In this document: positions 14,101-26,900 of the stretch, in pieces | How the letters are laid out: each line of letters opens with the position of its first letter | How positions within the stretch are numbered: the stretch's first letter is position 1 | NCBI GenBank assembly: GCA_051362555.1 | Contig: CM120644.1 | Location: 20,606,534 to 20,670,533 of the forward strand | Origin: Lingula anatina | Taxonomy: Eukaryota; Animalia; Brachiopoda | DNA length: 64,000 nucleotides | Direction: 5' to 3' | Position numbers and translations under genes: made by a program | The notes under the pieces: model-generated | Database searches by the model: none | Told to the model about the DNA's origin: nothing | Seen by the model: only the letters and a program-made list of their open reading frames with translations

Positions 14101-17100
14101 ACTTTTAAAGGGACTAGAGCCAATTTGGAGGGGGTCGACTTTCCGATTGCGTTAGTTGAGACGGACCTTAAGAGACCCATAAGACCCACCGATTGCGATA
14201 GTTGTGACGGAGTCCATGATTTTTAAAGTACTTTTAAGGGGACTAGAGCCAATTTGGAGGGGGTTGACTTTCCGATTGCGTTAGTTGAGACAGACCTTAA
14301 GAGACCCTTAAGACCCACCGATTGCGATAGTTGTGACGGAGTCCATGATTTTTAAAGTACTTTTAAGGGGACTAGAGCCAATTTGGAGGGGGTTGACTTT
14401 CCGATTGCGTTAGTTGAGACAGACCTTAAGAGACCCTTAAGACCCACCGATTGCGATAGTTGCGACGGAGGCCATGATTTTTAAAGTACTTTTAAAGGGA
14501 CTAGAGCCAATTTGGAAGAAGCGACTTTCCGATTGCGTTAGTTGAGACGGACCTTAAGAGACCCTTAAGACCCACCGATTGCGATAGTTGCGACGGAGGC
14601 CATGATTTTAAAAGTACTTTTAAAGGGACTAGAGCCAATTTGGAAGAAGCGACTTTCCGATTGCGTTAGTTGAGACGGACCTTAAGAGACCGTTAAGACC
14701 CACCGATTGCGATAGTTGCGACGGAGTCCATGATTTTTAAAGTACTTTTAAAGGGACTAGAGCCAATTTGGAGGGGGTCGACTTTCCGATTGCGTTAGTT
14801 GAGACGGACCTAAAGGGACACTTAAGACCCACCGATTGCGATAGTTGTGACGGATTCCATGATTTTAAAAGTACTTTTAAAGGGACTAGAGCCAATTTGG
14901 AAGGGGTCGATTTTCCGATTGCGTTAGTTGAGACGGACCTTAAGAGACCCTTAAGACTCACCGATTGCGTTAGTTGCGACGGAGTCCATGATTTTTAAAG
15001 TACTTTTAAAGGGACTAGAGCCAATTTGGAGGGGGTTGACTTTCCGATTGCGTTAGTTGAGACAGACCTTAAGAGACCCTTAAGACCCACCGATTGCGAT
15101 AGTTGCGACGGAGGCCATGATTTTTAAAGTACTTTTAAAGGGACTAGAGCCAATTTGGAAGAAGCGACTTTCCGATTGCGTTAGTTGAGACGGACCTTAA
15201 GAGACCGTTAAGACCCACCGATTGCGATAGTTGCGACGGAGTTCATGATTTTTAAAGTACTTTTAAAGGGACTAGAGCCAATTTGGAGGGGGTCGACTTT
15301 CCGATTGCGTTAGTTGAGACGGACCTTAAGAGACCCATAAGACCCACCGATTGCGATAGTTGTGACGGAGTCCATGATTTTTAAAGTACTTTTAAGGGGA
15401 CTAGAGCCAATTTGGAGGGGGTTGACTTTCCGATTGCGTTAGTTGAGACAGACCTTAAGAGACCCTTAAGACCCACCGATTGCGATAGTTGTGACGGAGT
15501 CCATGATTTTTAAAGTACTTTTAAGGGGACTAGAGCCAATTTGGAGGGGGTTGACTTTCCGATTGCGTTAGTTGAGACAGACCTTAAGAGACCCTTAAGA
15601 CCCACCGATTGCGATAGTTGCGACGGAGGCCATGATTTTTAAAGTACTTTTAAAGGGACTAGAGCCAATTTGGAAGAAGCGACTTTCCGATTGCGTTAGT
15701 TGAGACGGACCTTAAGAGACCCTTAAGACCCACCGATTGCGATAGTTGCGACGGAGTCCATGATTTTAAAAGTACTTTTAAAGGGACTAGAGCCAATTTG
15801 GAAGAAGCGACTTTCCGATTGCGTTAGTTGAGACGGACCTTAAGAGACCGTTAAGACCCACCGATTGCGATAGTTGCGACGGAGTCCATGATTTTTAAAG
15901 TACTTTTAAAGGGACTAGAGCCAATTTGGAGGGGGTCGACTTTCCGATTGCGTTAGTTGAGACGGACCTAAAGGGACACTTAAGACCCACCGATTGCGAT
16001 AGTTGTGACGGATTCCATGATTTTAAAAGTACTTTTAAAGGGACTAGAGCCAATTTGGAAGGGGTCGATTTTCCGATTGCGTTAGTTGAGACGGACCTTA
16101 AGAGACCCTTAAGACTCACCGATTGCGTTAGTTGCGACGGAGTCCATGATTTTTAAAGTACTTTTAAAGGGACTAGAGCCAATTTGGAGGGGGTTGACTT
16201 TCCGATTGCGTTAGTTGAGACAGACCTTAAGAGACCCTTAAGACCCACCGATTGCGATAGTTGCGACGGAGGCCATGATTTTTAAAGTACTTTTAAAGGG
16301 ACTAGAGCCAATTTGGAAGAAGCGACTTTCCGATTGCGTTAGTTGAGACGGACCTTAAGAGACCGTTAAGACCCACCGATTGCGATAGTTGCGACGGAGT
16401 TCATGATTTTTAAAGTACTTTTAAAGGGACTAGAGCCAATTTGGAGGGGGTCGACTTTCCGATTGCGTTAGTTGAGACGGACCTTAAGAGACCCATAAGA
16501 CCCACCGATTGCGATAGTTGTGACGGAGTCCATGATTTTTAAAGTACTTTTAAGGGGACTAGAGCCAATTTGGAGGGGGTTGACTTTCCGATTGCGTTAG
16601 TTGAGACAGACCTTAAGAGACCCTTAAGACCCACCGATTGCGATAGTTGTGACGGAGTCCATGATTTTTAAAGTACTTTTAAGGGGACTAGAGCCAATTT
16701 GGAGGGGGTTGACTTTCCGATTGCGTTAGTTGAGACAGACCTTAAGAGACCCTTAAGACCCACCGATTGCGATAGTTGCGACGGAGGCCATGATTTTTAA
16801 AGTACTTTTAAAGGGACTAGAGCCAATTTGGAAGAAGCGACTTTCCGATTGCGTTAGTTGAGACGGACCTTAAGAGACCCTTAAGACCCACCGATTGCGA
16901 TAGTTGCGACGGAGGCCATGATTTTAAAAGTACTTTTAAAGGGACTAGAGCCAATTTGGAAGAAGCGACTTTCCGATTGCGTTAGTTGAGACGGACCTTA
17001 AGAGACCGTTAAGACCCACCGATTGCGATAGTTGCGACGGAGTCCATGATTTTTAAAGTACTTTTAAAGGGACTAGAGCCAATTTGGAGGGGGTCGACTT

Positions 17101-18712
17101 TCCGATTGCGTTAGTTGAGACGGACCTAAAGGGACACTTAAGACCCACCGATTGCGATAGTTGTGACGGATTCCATGATTTTAAAAGTACTTTTAAAGGG
17201 ACTAGAGCCAATTTGGAAGGGGTCGATTTTCCGATTGCGTTAGTTGAGACGGACCTTAAGAGACCCTTAAGACTCACCGATTGCGTTAGTTGCGACGGAG
17301 TCCATGATTTTTAAAGTACTTTTAAAGGGACTAGAGCCAATTTGGAGGGGGTTGACTTTCCGATTGCGTTAGTTGAGACAGACCTTAAGAGACCCTTAAG
17401 ACCCACCGATTGCGATAGTTGCGACGGAGGCCATGATTTTTAAAGTACTTTTAAAGGGACTAGAGCCAATTTGGAAGAAGCGACTTTCCGATTGCGTTAG
17501 TTGAGACGGACCTTAAGAGACCGTTAAGACCCACCGATTGCGATAGTTGCGACGGAGTTCATGATTTTTAAAGTACTTTTAAAGGGACTAGAGCCAATTT
17601 GGAGGGGGTCGACTTTCCGATTGCGTTAGTTGAGACGGACCTTAAGAGACCCATAAGACCCACCGATTGCGATAGTTGTGACGGAGTCCATGATTTTTAA
17701 AGTACTTTTAAGGGGACTAGAGCCAATTTGGAGGGGGTTGACTTTCCGATTGCGTTAGTTGAGACAGACCTTAAGAGACCCTTAAGACCCACCGATTGCG
17801 ATAGTTGTGACGGAGTCCATGATTTTTAAAGTACTTTTAAGGGGACTAGAGCCAATTTGGAGGGGGTTGACTTTCCGATTGCGTTAGTTGAGACAGACCT
17901 TAAGAGACCCTTAAGACCCACCGATTGCGATAGTTGCGACGGAGGCCATGATTTTTAAAGTACTTTTAAAGGGACTAGAGCCAATTTGGAAGAAGCGACT
18001 TTCCGATTGCGTTAGTTGAGACGGACCTTAAGAGACCCTTAAGACCCACCGATTGCGATAGTTGCGACGGAGGCCATGATTTTAAAAGTACTTTTAAAGG
18101 GACTAGAGCCAATTTGGAAGAAGCGACTTTCCGATTGCGTTAGTTGAGACGGACCTTAAGAGACCGTTAAGACCCACCGATTGCGATAGTTGCGACGGAG
18201 TCCATGATTTTTAAAGTACTTTTAAAGGGACTAGAGCCAATTTGGAGGGGGTCGACTTTCCGATTGCGTTAGTTGAGACGGACCTAAAGGGACACTTAAG
18301 ACCCACCGATTGCGATAGTTGTGACGGATTCCATGATTTTAAAAGTACTTTTAAAGGGACTAGAGCCAATTTGGAAGGGGTCGATTTTCCGATTGCGTTA
18401 GTTGAGACGGACCTTAAGAGACCCTTAAGACTCACCGATTGCGTTAGTTGCGACAGAGTCCATGATTTTAAAAGTACTTTTAAAGGGACTAGAGCCAATT
18501 TGGAAGGGGTCGATTTTCCGATTGCGTTAGTTGAGACGGACCTTAAGAGACCCTTAAGACTCACCGATTGCGTTAGTTGCGACAGAGTCCATGATTTTTA
18601 AAGTACTTTTAAAGGCACAAGAGACAATTTTGAGGGGGTCAACTTTCCGATTGCGTTAGTTGAGACGGACCTTACGGGACCCTTTAAACCCACCGATTGC
18701 GAAAGAGTCCAT
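1851..18712 (+). repeat. 129-bp satellite array, ~130 monomers (left arm)
   Basis: Tandem unit gagacggaccttaagagacccttaagacccaccgattgcgatagttgcgacggagtccatgatttttaaagtacttttaaagggactagagccaatttggagggggtcgactttccgattgcgttagtt. Confidence 0.99.
6630..18340 (+). repeat. 1158-bp higher-order repeat (9-mer: 6x129 + 3x128 bp), ~10 copies
   Basis: Near-identical ORFs recur at 6630, 7788, 10105, 11263, 12421, 13579, 14737, 15895, 17053 and 18211. Three monomers per unit carry the 1-bp-shorter ggaagaagcg variant. Confidence 0.97.
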
Positions 18713-20412
18713 GACGTGTTAAAGAGTGAATAGAGAGCCGTAGAGATGTGTTAAAAGGAGGAAAATAGAGACGTCGGGACGTGTTAAAGAGAGCAAAATA
18801 GAGCCGTAGAGCCGTGTTAAAGAGTGGAGAATAGAGCTGTATAGACGTGTTAAAGAGGGGAAAGAGAGCCGTAGAGCCGTGGTAAAGAGTGGAACAGTGA
18901 GCCGTAGAGACGTGTTAAAAAGAGCCGAAGAGAGCCGTACAGACGTGTTAAAGAGTGGAAAAAAGAGCCGTAGAGACACATGTTAAAGAAGGCAAAAGAG
19001 AGCCTTAGAGGCGTGTTAAAGAGAGCCGAAGAGAGCAAAAGAGAGCCGTAGAGACGTGTTAAAGAGAGCTGAAGAGAGCCGTAGAGACGTGCTAAAGAGA
19101 GCTGAAGAGAGCCGTAGAGACGTTGTTAAAGAGTGGAAAAGATACCTGTAGAGAGGTATTAAAGAGAGCCGAAGAGAGCAAAAGAGAGCCGTACAGACGT
19201 GTTAAAGAGTGGAAAAGAAAGCCGAAGAGACGTGTTAAAGAGAGCCGAAGAGAGCAAAAGAGAGCCGTACAGACGTGTTAAAGAGTGGAAAAGAAAGCCG
19301 AAGAGACGTGTTAAAGAGAGCCGAAGAGACTTGTTAAGAGAGAAAGAAACAGCCAAAGAGACGTGATGAAGAGAGAAAAAGACAGCCAAAGAGACGAGTT
19401 TAAAGAGAGCCGAAGAGAGCCGTAGAGACGTGTTAAAGAGTGGAAAAGAGAGCCGTAGAGAAGTGTTAAAGAGAGCAAAAGAGAGCGGAAGAGACGTGCT
19501 AAAGAGAGCAAAAGAGAGCCGTAGAGACGTTGTTAAAGAGTGGAAAAGATACCTGTAGAGAGGTATTAAAGAGAGCCGAAGAGAGCAAAAGAGAGCCGTA
19601 CAGACGTGTTAAAGAGTGGAAAAAAACAGCCAAAGAGACGTGATGAAGAGAGAAAAAGACAGCCAAAGAGACGAGTTTAAAGAGAGCAAAAGAGAGCGGA
19701 AGAGACGTGCTAAAGAGAGCAAAAGAGAGCCGTAGAGACGTTGTTAAAGAGTGGAAAAGATACCTGTAGAGAGGTATTAAAGAGAGCCGAAGAGAGCAAA
19801 AGAGAGCCGTACAGACGTGTTAAAGAGTGGAAAAAACAGCCAAAGAGACGTGATGAAGAGAGAAAAAGACAGCCAAAGAGACGAGTTTAAAGAGAGCCGA
19901 AGAGAGCCGTAGAGACGTGTTAAAGAGTGGAAAAGAGAGCCGTAGAGAAGTGTTAAAGAGAGCAAAAGAGAGCGGAAGAGACGTGCTAAAGAGAGCAAAA
20001 GAGAGCCGTAGAGACGTTGTTAAAGAGTGGAAAAGATACCTGTAGAGAGGTATTAAAGAGAGCCGAAGAGAGCAAAAGAGAGCCGTACAGACGTGTTAAA
20101 GAGTGGAAAAGAAAGCCGAAGAGACGTGTTAAAGAGAGCCGTAGAGACGTGTTAAAGAGAGCAAAAGAGAGCCGTAGAGACGCGTTAAAGAGTGGAAAGG
20201 AAAGCCGAAGAGATTTGTTAAGAGAGAAAAAGACAGCCAAAGAGACGTGATGAAGAGAGAAAAAGACAGCCAAAGAGAGCCAAAGAGACGTGTTAAAAGA
20301 GAGCTAAAGAGAGTCAAAGACAGCCGAAGATAGGCAAAGCAACATTGATAAAGAGAGAAAAGGACAGTCAAAGAGATGTTTAAAGAGAGCCGTAGAGACG
20401 TGTTAAAGAGAG
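18713..20412 (+). repeat. 33-bp purine-rich minisatellite (left arm), degenerating toward the centre
   Basis: Unit aaagagagccgtagagacgtgttaaagagtgga (variant ending aaagagagca), with optional 10-bp duplications. Confidence 0.97.
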
Positions 20413-20525
20413 CAAAAAAAGCAAGAAAAACAATAAAACAAAAAATCGAAAATAAAAGCCGAAGAAACATGAAAAGAAAACAACCTTAACAAATTAAACC
20501 TAAATAGAGCTAAAAATAAAAGATG
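20413..20525. other. A-rich asymmetric spacer at the palindrome centre
   Basis: About 110 nt, very A-rich, with AATAAA at ~20432, ~20451 and ~20515. The strand switch occurs at agatgacgtctc. Confidence 0.85.
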
Positions 20526-23500
20526 ACGTCTCGTCTCTCGTCTCTTGCTCTCTTTAACACGTCTCTACGGCTCTCTTTTGCTCTTTTTAACACGTCTCTA
20601 CGGCTCTCTTTTCCTCTCTCTAACACGTCTCTACGGCTCTCTTTTCCTCTCTCTAACACGTCTCTACGGCTCTCTTTTCCACTCTCTAACACCTCCCTAC
20701 GGCTCTCTTTTCCACTCTCTAACACGTCTCCACGGCTCTCTTTTGCTCTCTTTTCCTCTCTCTAACACGTCTCTACGGCTCTCTTTTCCTCTCTATAACA
20801 CGTCTCTATGGCTCTCTTTTCCTCTCTTTAACACCTCTCTACGGCTCTCTTCTGCTCTCTTTAACACGTCTCTATGGCTCTCTTTTGCTCTCTTTTGCTC
20901 TCTTTAACACGTCTCTATGGCTCTCTTTTCCACTCTTTAACACTTCTCTACAGCTCTATTTTGCTCTCTTTTGCTCTCTTTAACACGTCTCTACGGCTCT
21001 CTTTTGCTCTTTTTAACACCTCTCTACGGCTGTCTTCTGCTCTCTTAAACACGTCTCTACGGCTCTCTTTTGCTCTCTTTAACACGTCTCTACGGCTCTC
21101 TTTTGCTCTTTTTAACACCTCTCTACGGCTGTCTTCTGCTCTCTTAAACACGTCTCTACGGCTCTCTTTTGCTCTCTTTTGCTCTCTTTAACACGTCTCT
21201 ACGGCTCTCTTTTGCTCTCTCTAACACGTCTCTACGGCTCTCTTTTGCTGTCTTTAACACGTCTCTACGGCTCTCTTTTGCTCTCTTTAACACATCTCTA
21301 CGGCTCTCTTTTCCACTCTTTAACACTTCTCTACAGCTCTATTTTGCTCTCTTCTGCTCCCTTTAACACGTCTCTACGGCTCTCTTTTCCACTCTTTAAC
21401 ACGTCTTAATGGCTTTCTTTTGCTCTCTTTTGCTCTCTTTAACACGTCTCTACGGCTATCTTTTGCTCTCTTTAACACGTCTCTACGGCTCTCTTTTCTA
21501 CTCTTTAACACTTCTCTACAGCTCTATTTTGCTCTCTTCTGCTCCCTTTAACACGTCTCTACGGCTCTCTTTTCCACGCTTTAACAGGTCTCTACGGCTC
21601 TCTTTTCCACTCTTTAACACGTCTTAATGGCTCTCTTTTGCTCTCTTTAACACGTCTCTACGGCTATCTTTTCCACTCTCTAACACGTCTCTACTGCTCT
21701 CTTTTCCACTCTTTCGCACTTCTTTACAGCTCTATTTTGCTCTCTTTTGCTCTTTTTAACACCTCTCTACGGCTCTCTTCTGCTCTCTTTAACTCGTCTC
21801 TACGGCTCTCTTTTGCTCTTTTTAACACCTCTCTACGGCTCTCTTTTGCTCTCTCTAACACGTCTCCATGGCTCTCTTTTCCACTCTTTAACACTTCTCT
21901 ACAGCTCTATTTTGCTCTCTTTTGCTCTTTTTAACACCTCTCTACGGCTCTCTTTTGCTCTCTTTTGCTCTCTCTAACACGTCTCCACGGCTCTCTTTTC
22001 CTCTCTCTAACACGTCTCTACTGCTCTCATTTCCACTCTTTAGCACTTCTTTACAGCTCTATTTTGCTCTCTTTTGCTCTTTTAAACACCTCTCTACGGC
22101 TCTCTTCTGCTCTCTTTAACACGTCTCTACGGCTCTCTTTTCCACTCTTTAACACGTCTCTACGGCTCTCTTTTCCACTCTTTAACACGTCTCTATGGCT
22201 CTCTTTTGCTCTCTTTTGCTCTCTGTAACACGTCTCCACGGCTCTCTTTTCCTCTCTCTAACACGTCTCTACTGCTCTCATTTCCACTCTTTAGCACTTC
22301 TTTACAGCTCTATTTTGCTCTCTTTTGCTCTTTTAAACACCTCTCTACGGCTCTCTTTTTCACTCTTTAACACGTCTCTACGGCTCTTTTTTCCACTCTT
22401 TAACACGTCTCTACGGCTCTCTTTTGCTCTCTTTTGCTCTCTGTAACACGTCTCCACGGCTCTCTTTTCCTCTCTCTAACACGTCTCTACTGCTCTCTTT
22501 TCCACTCTTTAACACTTCTTTACAGCTCTATTTTGCTCTCTTTTGCTCTTTTTAACACGTCTCTACGGCTCTCTTTTCCACTCTTTAACACGTCTCTACC
22601 GCCCTTTTCCACTCTTTAACACGTCTCTATGGCTCTCTTTTGCTCTCTTTTGCTGTCTTTAACACGTCTCTACGGCTCTCTTTTCCACTCTTTAACACGT
22701 CTCTATGGCTCTCTTTTGCTCTCTTTTCCACTCTTTAACACGTCTCTACGGCTCTCTTTTCCACTCTTTAACACGTCTCTATGGCTCTCTTTTGCTCTCT
22801 TTTGCTCTCTTTAACACGTCTCTACGGCTCTCTTTTGCTCTCTTTAACACGTCTCTACGGCTCTCTTTTCCACTCTCTAACACGTCTCTACAGTTCTATT
22901 TTGCTCTCTTTTGCTCTCTTTAACACGTCTCTACGGCTGTCTTTTCCACTCTTTAACACTTCTTTACAGCTCTATTTTGCTCTCTTTTGCTCTTTTTAAC
23001 ACGTCTCCACGGCTCTCTTTTCCTCTCTCTAACACGTCTCTACTGCTCTCTTTTCCACTCTTTAACACTTCTTTACAGCTCTATTTTGCTCTCTTTTGCT
23101 CTTTTTAACACCTCTCTACGGCTCTCTTCTGCTCTCTTTAACACGTCTCTATGGCTCTCTTTTCCACTCTTTAACACGTCTCTATGGCTCTCTTTTGCTC
23201 TCTTTTGCTCACTGTAACACGTCTCCACGGCTCTCTTTTCCTCTCTCTAACACGTCTCTACTGCTCTCTTTTCCACTCTTTAACACTTCTTTACAGCTCT
23301 ATTTTGCTCTCTTTTGCTCTTTTTAACACGTCTCTACGGCTCTCTTTTCCACTCTTTAACACGTCTCTACGGCTCTCTTTTCCACTCTTTAACACGTCTC
23401 TATGGCTCTCTTTTGCTCTCTCTAACACGTCTCCACGGCTCTTTTTTCCTCTCTCTAACACGTCTCTACAGCTCTCTTTTCCACTCTCTAACACGTCTCC

Positions 23501-23998
23501 ACGGCTCTCTTTTCCACTCTCTAACACGTCTCTACGGCTCTCTTTTCCACTCTTTAACACTTCTTTACAGCTCTATTTTGCTCTCTTATGCTCTCTTTAA
23601 CACCTCCCTACGGCTCTCTTTTCCACTCTTTAACACGTCTCTACGGCTCTCTTTTGCTCTTTTTAACACCTCTCTACGGCTCTCTTTTGCTCTCTTTAAC
23701 ACGTCTCTACGGCTCTCTTTTCCACTCTTTAACACGTCTCTACGGCTCTCTTTTGCTCTCTTTAACACGTCTCTACGGCTCTCTTTTCCACTCTTTAACA
23801 CGTCTCTACGGCTCTCTTTTCCACTCTTTAACACGTCTCTACGGCTCTCTTTTGCTCTCTTTAACACGTCTCTACGGCTCTCTTTTGCTCTCTTTAACTC
23901 GTCTCTACGGCTCTCTTTTCCATTCTCTAACACATCTCTACGGTTTCTTTTCCACTCTTTAACACTTCTCTACAGCTCTATTTTGCTCTCTTTAACAA
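20526..23998 (-). repeat. 33-bp minisatellite, inverted (right arm), with 43-bp variants and ~109-bp higher-order units
   Basis: Unit ctctttaacacgtctctacggctctcttttgct (or ending ...ttttcca). ORF starts are spaced 109 bp (21638/21747; 22987/23096) and 218 bp (23096/23314). Confidence 0.97.
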
Positions 23999-26900
23999 GT
24001 GGACTCCGTCGCAACTATCGCAATCGGTGAGTGTTAAGGGTCCGTTAAGGTCCGTCTCAACTAACGCAATCGGAAAGTCGACCCCCTCAAAATTGGCTCT
24101 AGTCCCTTTAAAAGTACTTTAAAAATCATGAACTCCGTCGCAACTATCGCAATCGGTCAGTCTTAAGGGTCCTTTAAAGTCCGTCTCAACTAACGCAATT
24201 GGAAAGTCGACCCCCTCCAAATTGGCTCTAGTCCCTTTAAAAGTACTTTAAAAATCATGGACTCCGTCGCAAGTATCGCAATCGGTGAGTCTTAAGGGTC
24301 CGTTAAGGTCCATATCAACTAACACAATCGGAAAGTTGACCCCCTCCAAATTGGCTCTAGTCCCTTTAAAAGTACTTTAAAAATCATGGACTCCGTCGCA
24401 ACCATCGCAATCGGTGGGTCTAAAGGGTCCGTTAAGGTCCGTCTCAACTAACGCAATCGGAAAGTCGACCCCCTCAAAATTGGCTCTAGTCCCTTTAAAA
24501 GTACTTTTAAAATCATGGACTCCGTCGCAACCATCGCAATCGGTGGGTCTTAAGGGTCCGTTAAGGTCCGTCTCAACTAACGCAATCGGAAAGTCGACCC
24601 CCTCAAAATTGGCTCTAGTCCCTTTAAAAGTACTTTAAAAATCATGGACTCCGTCGCAACTATCGCAATCGGTGAGTCTTAAGGGTCCGTTAAGGTCCGT
24701 CTCAACTAATGCAATCGGAAAGTCGACCCCCTCAAAATTGTCTCTAGTCCCTTTAAAAGTACTTTAAAAATCATGGACTCCGTCGCAACCATCGCAATCA
24801 GTGAGTCTTAAGGGTCCGTTAAGGTCCGTCTCAACTAATGCAATCGGAAAGTCGACCCCCTCAAAATTGGCTCTAGTCCCTTTAAAAGTACTTTAAAAAT
24901 CATGGACTCCGTCGCAACTATCGCAATCAGTGGGTCTTAAGGGTCCGTTAAGGTCCGTCTCAACTAACGCAATCGGAAAGTCGACCCCCTCAAAATTGGC
25001 TCTAGTCCCTTTAAAAGTACTTTAAAAATCATGGACTCCGTCGCAACTATCGCAATCGGTGAGTCTTAAGGGTCCGTTAAGGTCCGTCTCAACTAATGTA
25101 ATCGGAAAGTCGACCCCCTCAAAATTGGCTCTAGTCCCTTTAAAAGTACTTTAAAAATCATGGACTCCGTCGCAACTATCGCAATCGGTGAGTCTTAAGG
25201 GTCTGTTAAGGTCCGTCTCAACTAACGCAATCGGAAAGTCGACCCCCTCAAAATTGGCTCTAGTCCCTTTAAAAGTACTTTTAAAATCATGAACTCCGTC
25301 GCAACTATCGCAATCGGTGAGTCTTAAGGGTCCGTTAAGGTCCGTCTCAACTAATGCAATCGGAAAGTCGACCCCCTCCAAATTGGCTCTAGTCCCTTTA
25401 AAAGTACTTTAAAAATCATGGACTCCGTCGCAACTATCGCAATCGGTGGGTCTTAAGGGTCCGTTAAGGTCCGTCTCAACTAACGCAATCGGAAAGTCGA
25501 CCCCCTCAAAATTGGCTCTAGTCCCTTTAAAAGTACTTTAAAAATCATGGACTCCGTCGCAACCATCGCAATCGGTGGGTCTTAAGGGTCCGTTAAAGTC
25601 CGTCTCAACTAACGCAATCGGAAAGTCGACCCCCTCAAAATTGGCTCTAGTCCCTTTAAAAGTACTTTAAAAATCATGGACTCCGTCGCAACTATCGCAA
25701 TCGGTGAGTCTTAAGGGTCCGTTAAGGTCCGTCTCAACTAATGCAATCGGAAAGTCGACCCCCTCAAAATTGACTCTAGTCCCTTTAAAAGTACTTTAAA
25801 AAATCATGGACTCCGTCGCAACCATCGCAATCGGTGGGTCTTAAGGGTCCGTTAAGGTCTGTCTCAACTAACGCAATCGGAAAGTCGACCCCCTCAAAAT
25901 TGGCTCTAGTCCCTTTACAAGTACTTTAAAAATCATGGACTCCGTCGCAACCATCGCAATCGGTGGGTCTTAAGGGTCCGTTAAGGTCCGTCTCAACTAA
26001 CGCAATCGGAAAGTCGACCCCCTCAAAATTGGCTCTAGTCCCTTTAAAAGTACTTTAAAAATCATGGACTCCGTCGCAACTATCGCAATCGGTGAGTCTT
26101 AAGGGTCCGTTAAGGTCCGTCTCAACTAACGCAATTGGAAAGTCGACCCCCTCAAAATTGGCTCTATTCCCTTTAAAAGAACTTTAAAAATCATGGACTC
26201 CGTCGCAAGTATCGCAATCGGTGAGTCTTAAGGGTCTGTTAAGGTCCGTCTCAACTAACGCATTCGGAAAGTTGACCCCCTCCAAATTGGCTCTAGTCCC
26301 TTTAAAAGTACTTTAAAAATCATGGACTCCGTCGCAACTATCGCAATCGGTGGGTCTTAAGGGTCCGTTAAGGTCCATATCAACTAACGCAATCGGAAAG
26401 TCGACCCCCTCAAAATTGGCTCTAGTCCCTTTAAAAGTACTTTAAAAATCATGGACTCCGTCGCAACTATCGCAATCGGTGGGTCTTAAGGGTTCGTAAA
26501 GGTCCGTCTCAACTAACGCAATCGGAAAGTCGACCCCTCAAAATTGGCTCTAGTCCCTTTAAAAGTACTTTTAAAATCATGGAATCCGTCACAACTATCG
26601 AAATCCTTAAGTGTCCCTTAAGGTCCGTCTCAACTAACGCAATCGGAAAGTCGACCCCCTCCAAATTGGCTCTATTCCCTTTAAAAGAACTTTAAAAATC
26701 ATGGACTCCGTCGCAACTATCGCAATTGGTGGGTCTTAAGGGTCCGTTAAGGTCCGTCTCAACTAACGCAATCGGAAGGTCGACCCCCTCAAAATTGGCT
26801 CTAGTCCCTTTAAAAGTACTTTAAAAATCATGGACTCTGTCGCAATTATTGCAATCGGTGAGTCTTAAGGGTCTGTTAAGGTCCGTCTCAACTAACGCAA

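Noticed and set aside
1851-18712. TAA read as Gln (ciliate-type code) making one giant ORF
   Set aside because: 1-bp-shorter monomers shift translation into frames with other stops, including TGA, and nothing else suggests a variant code.
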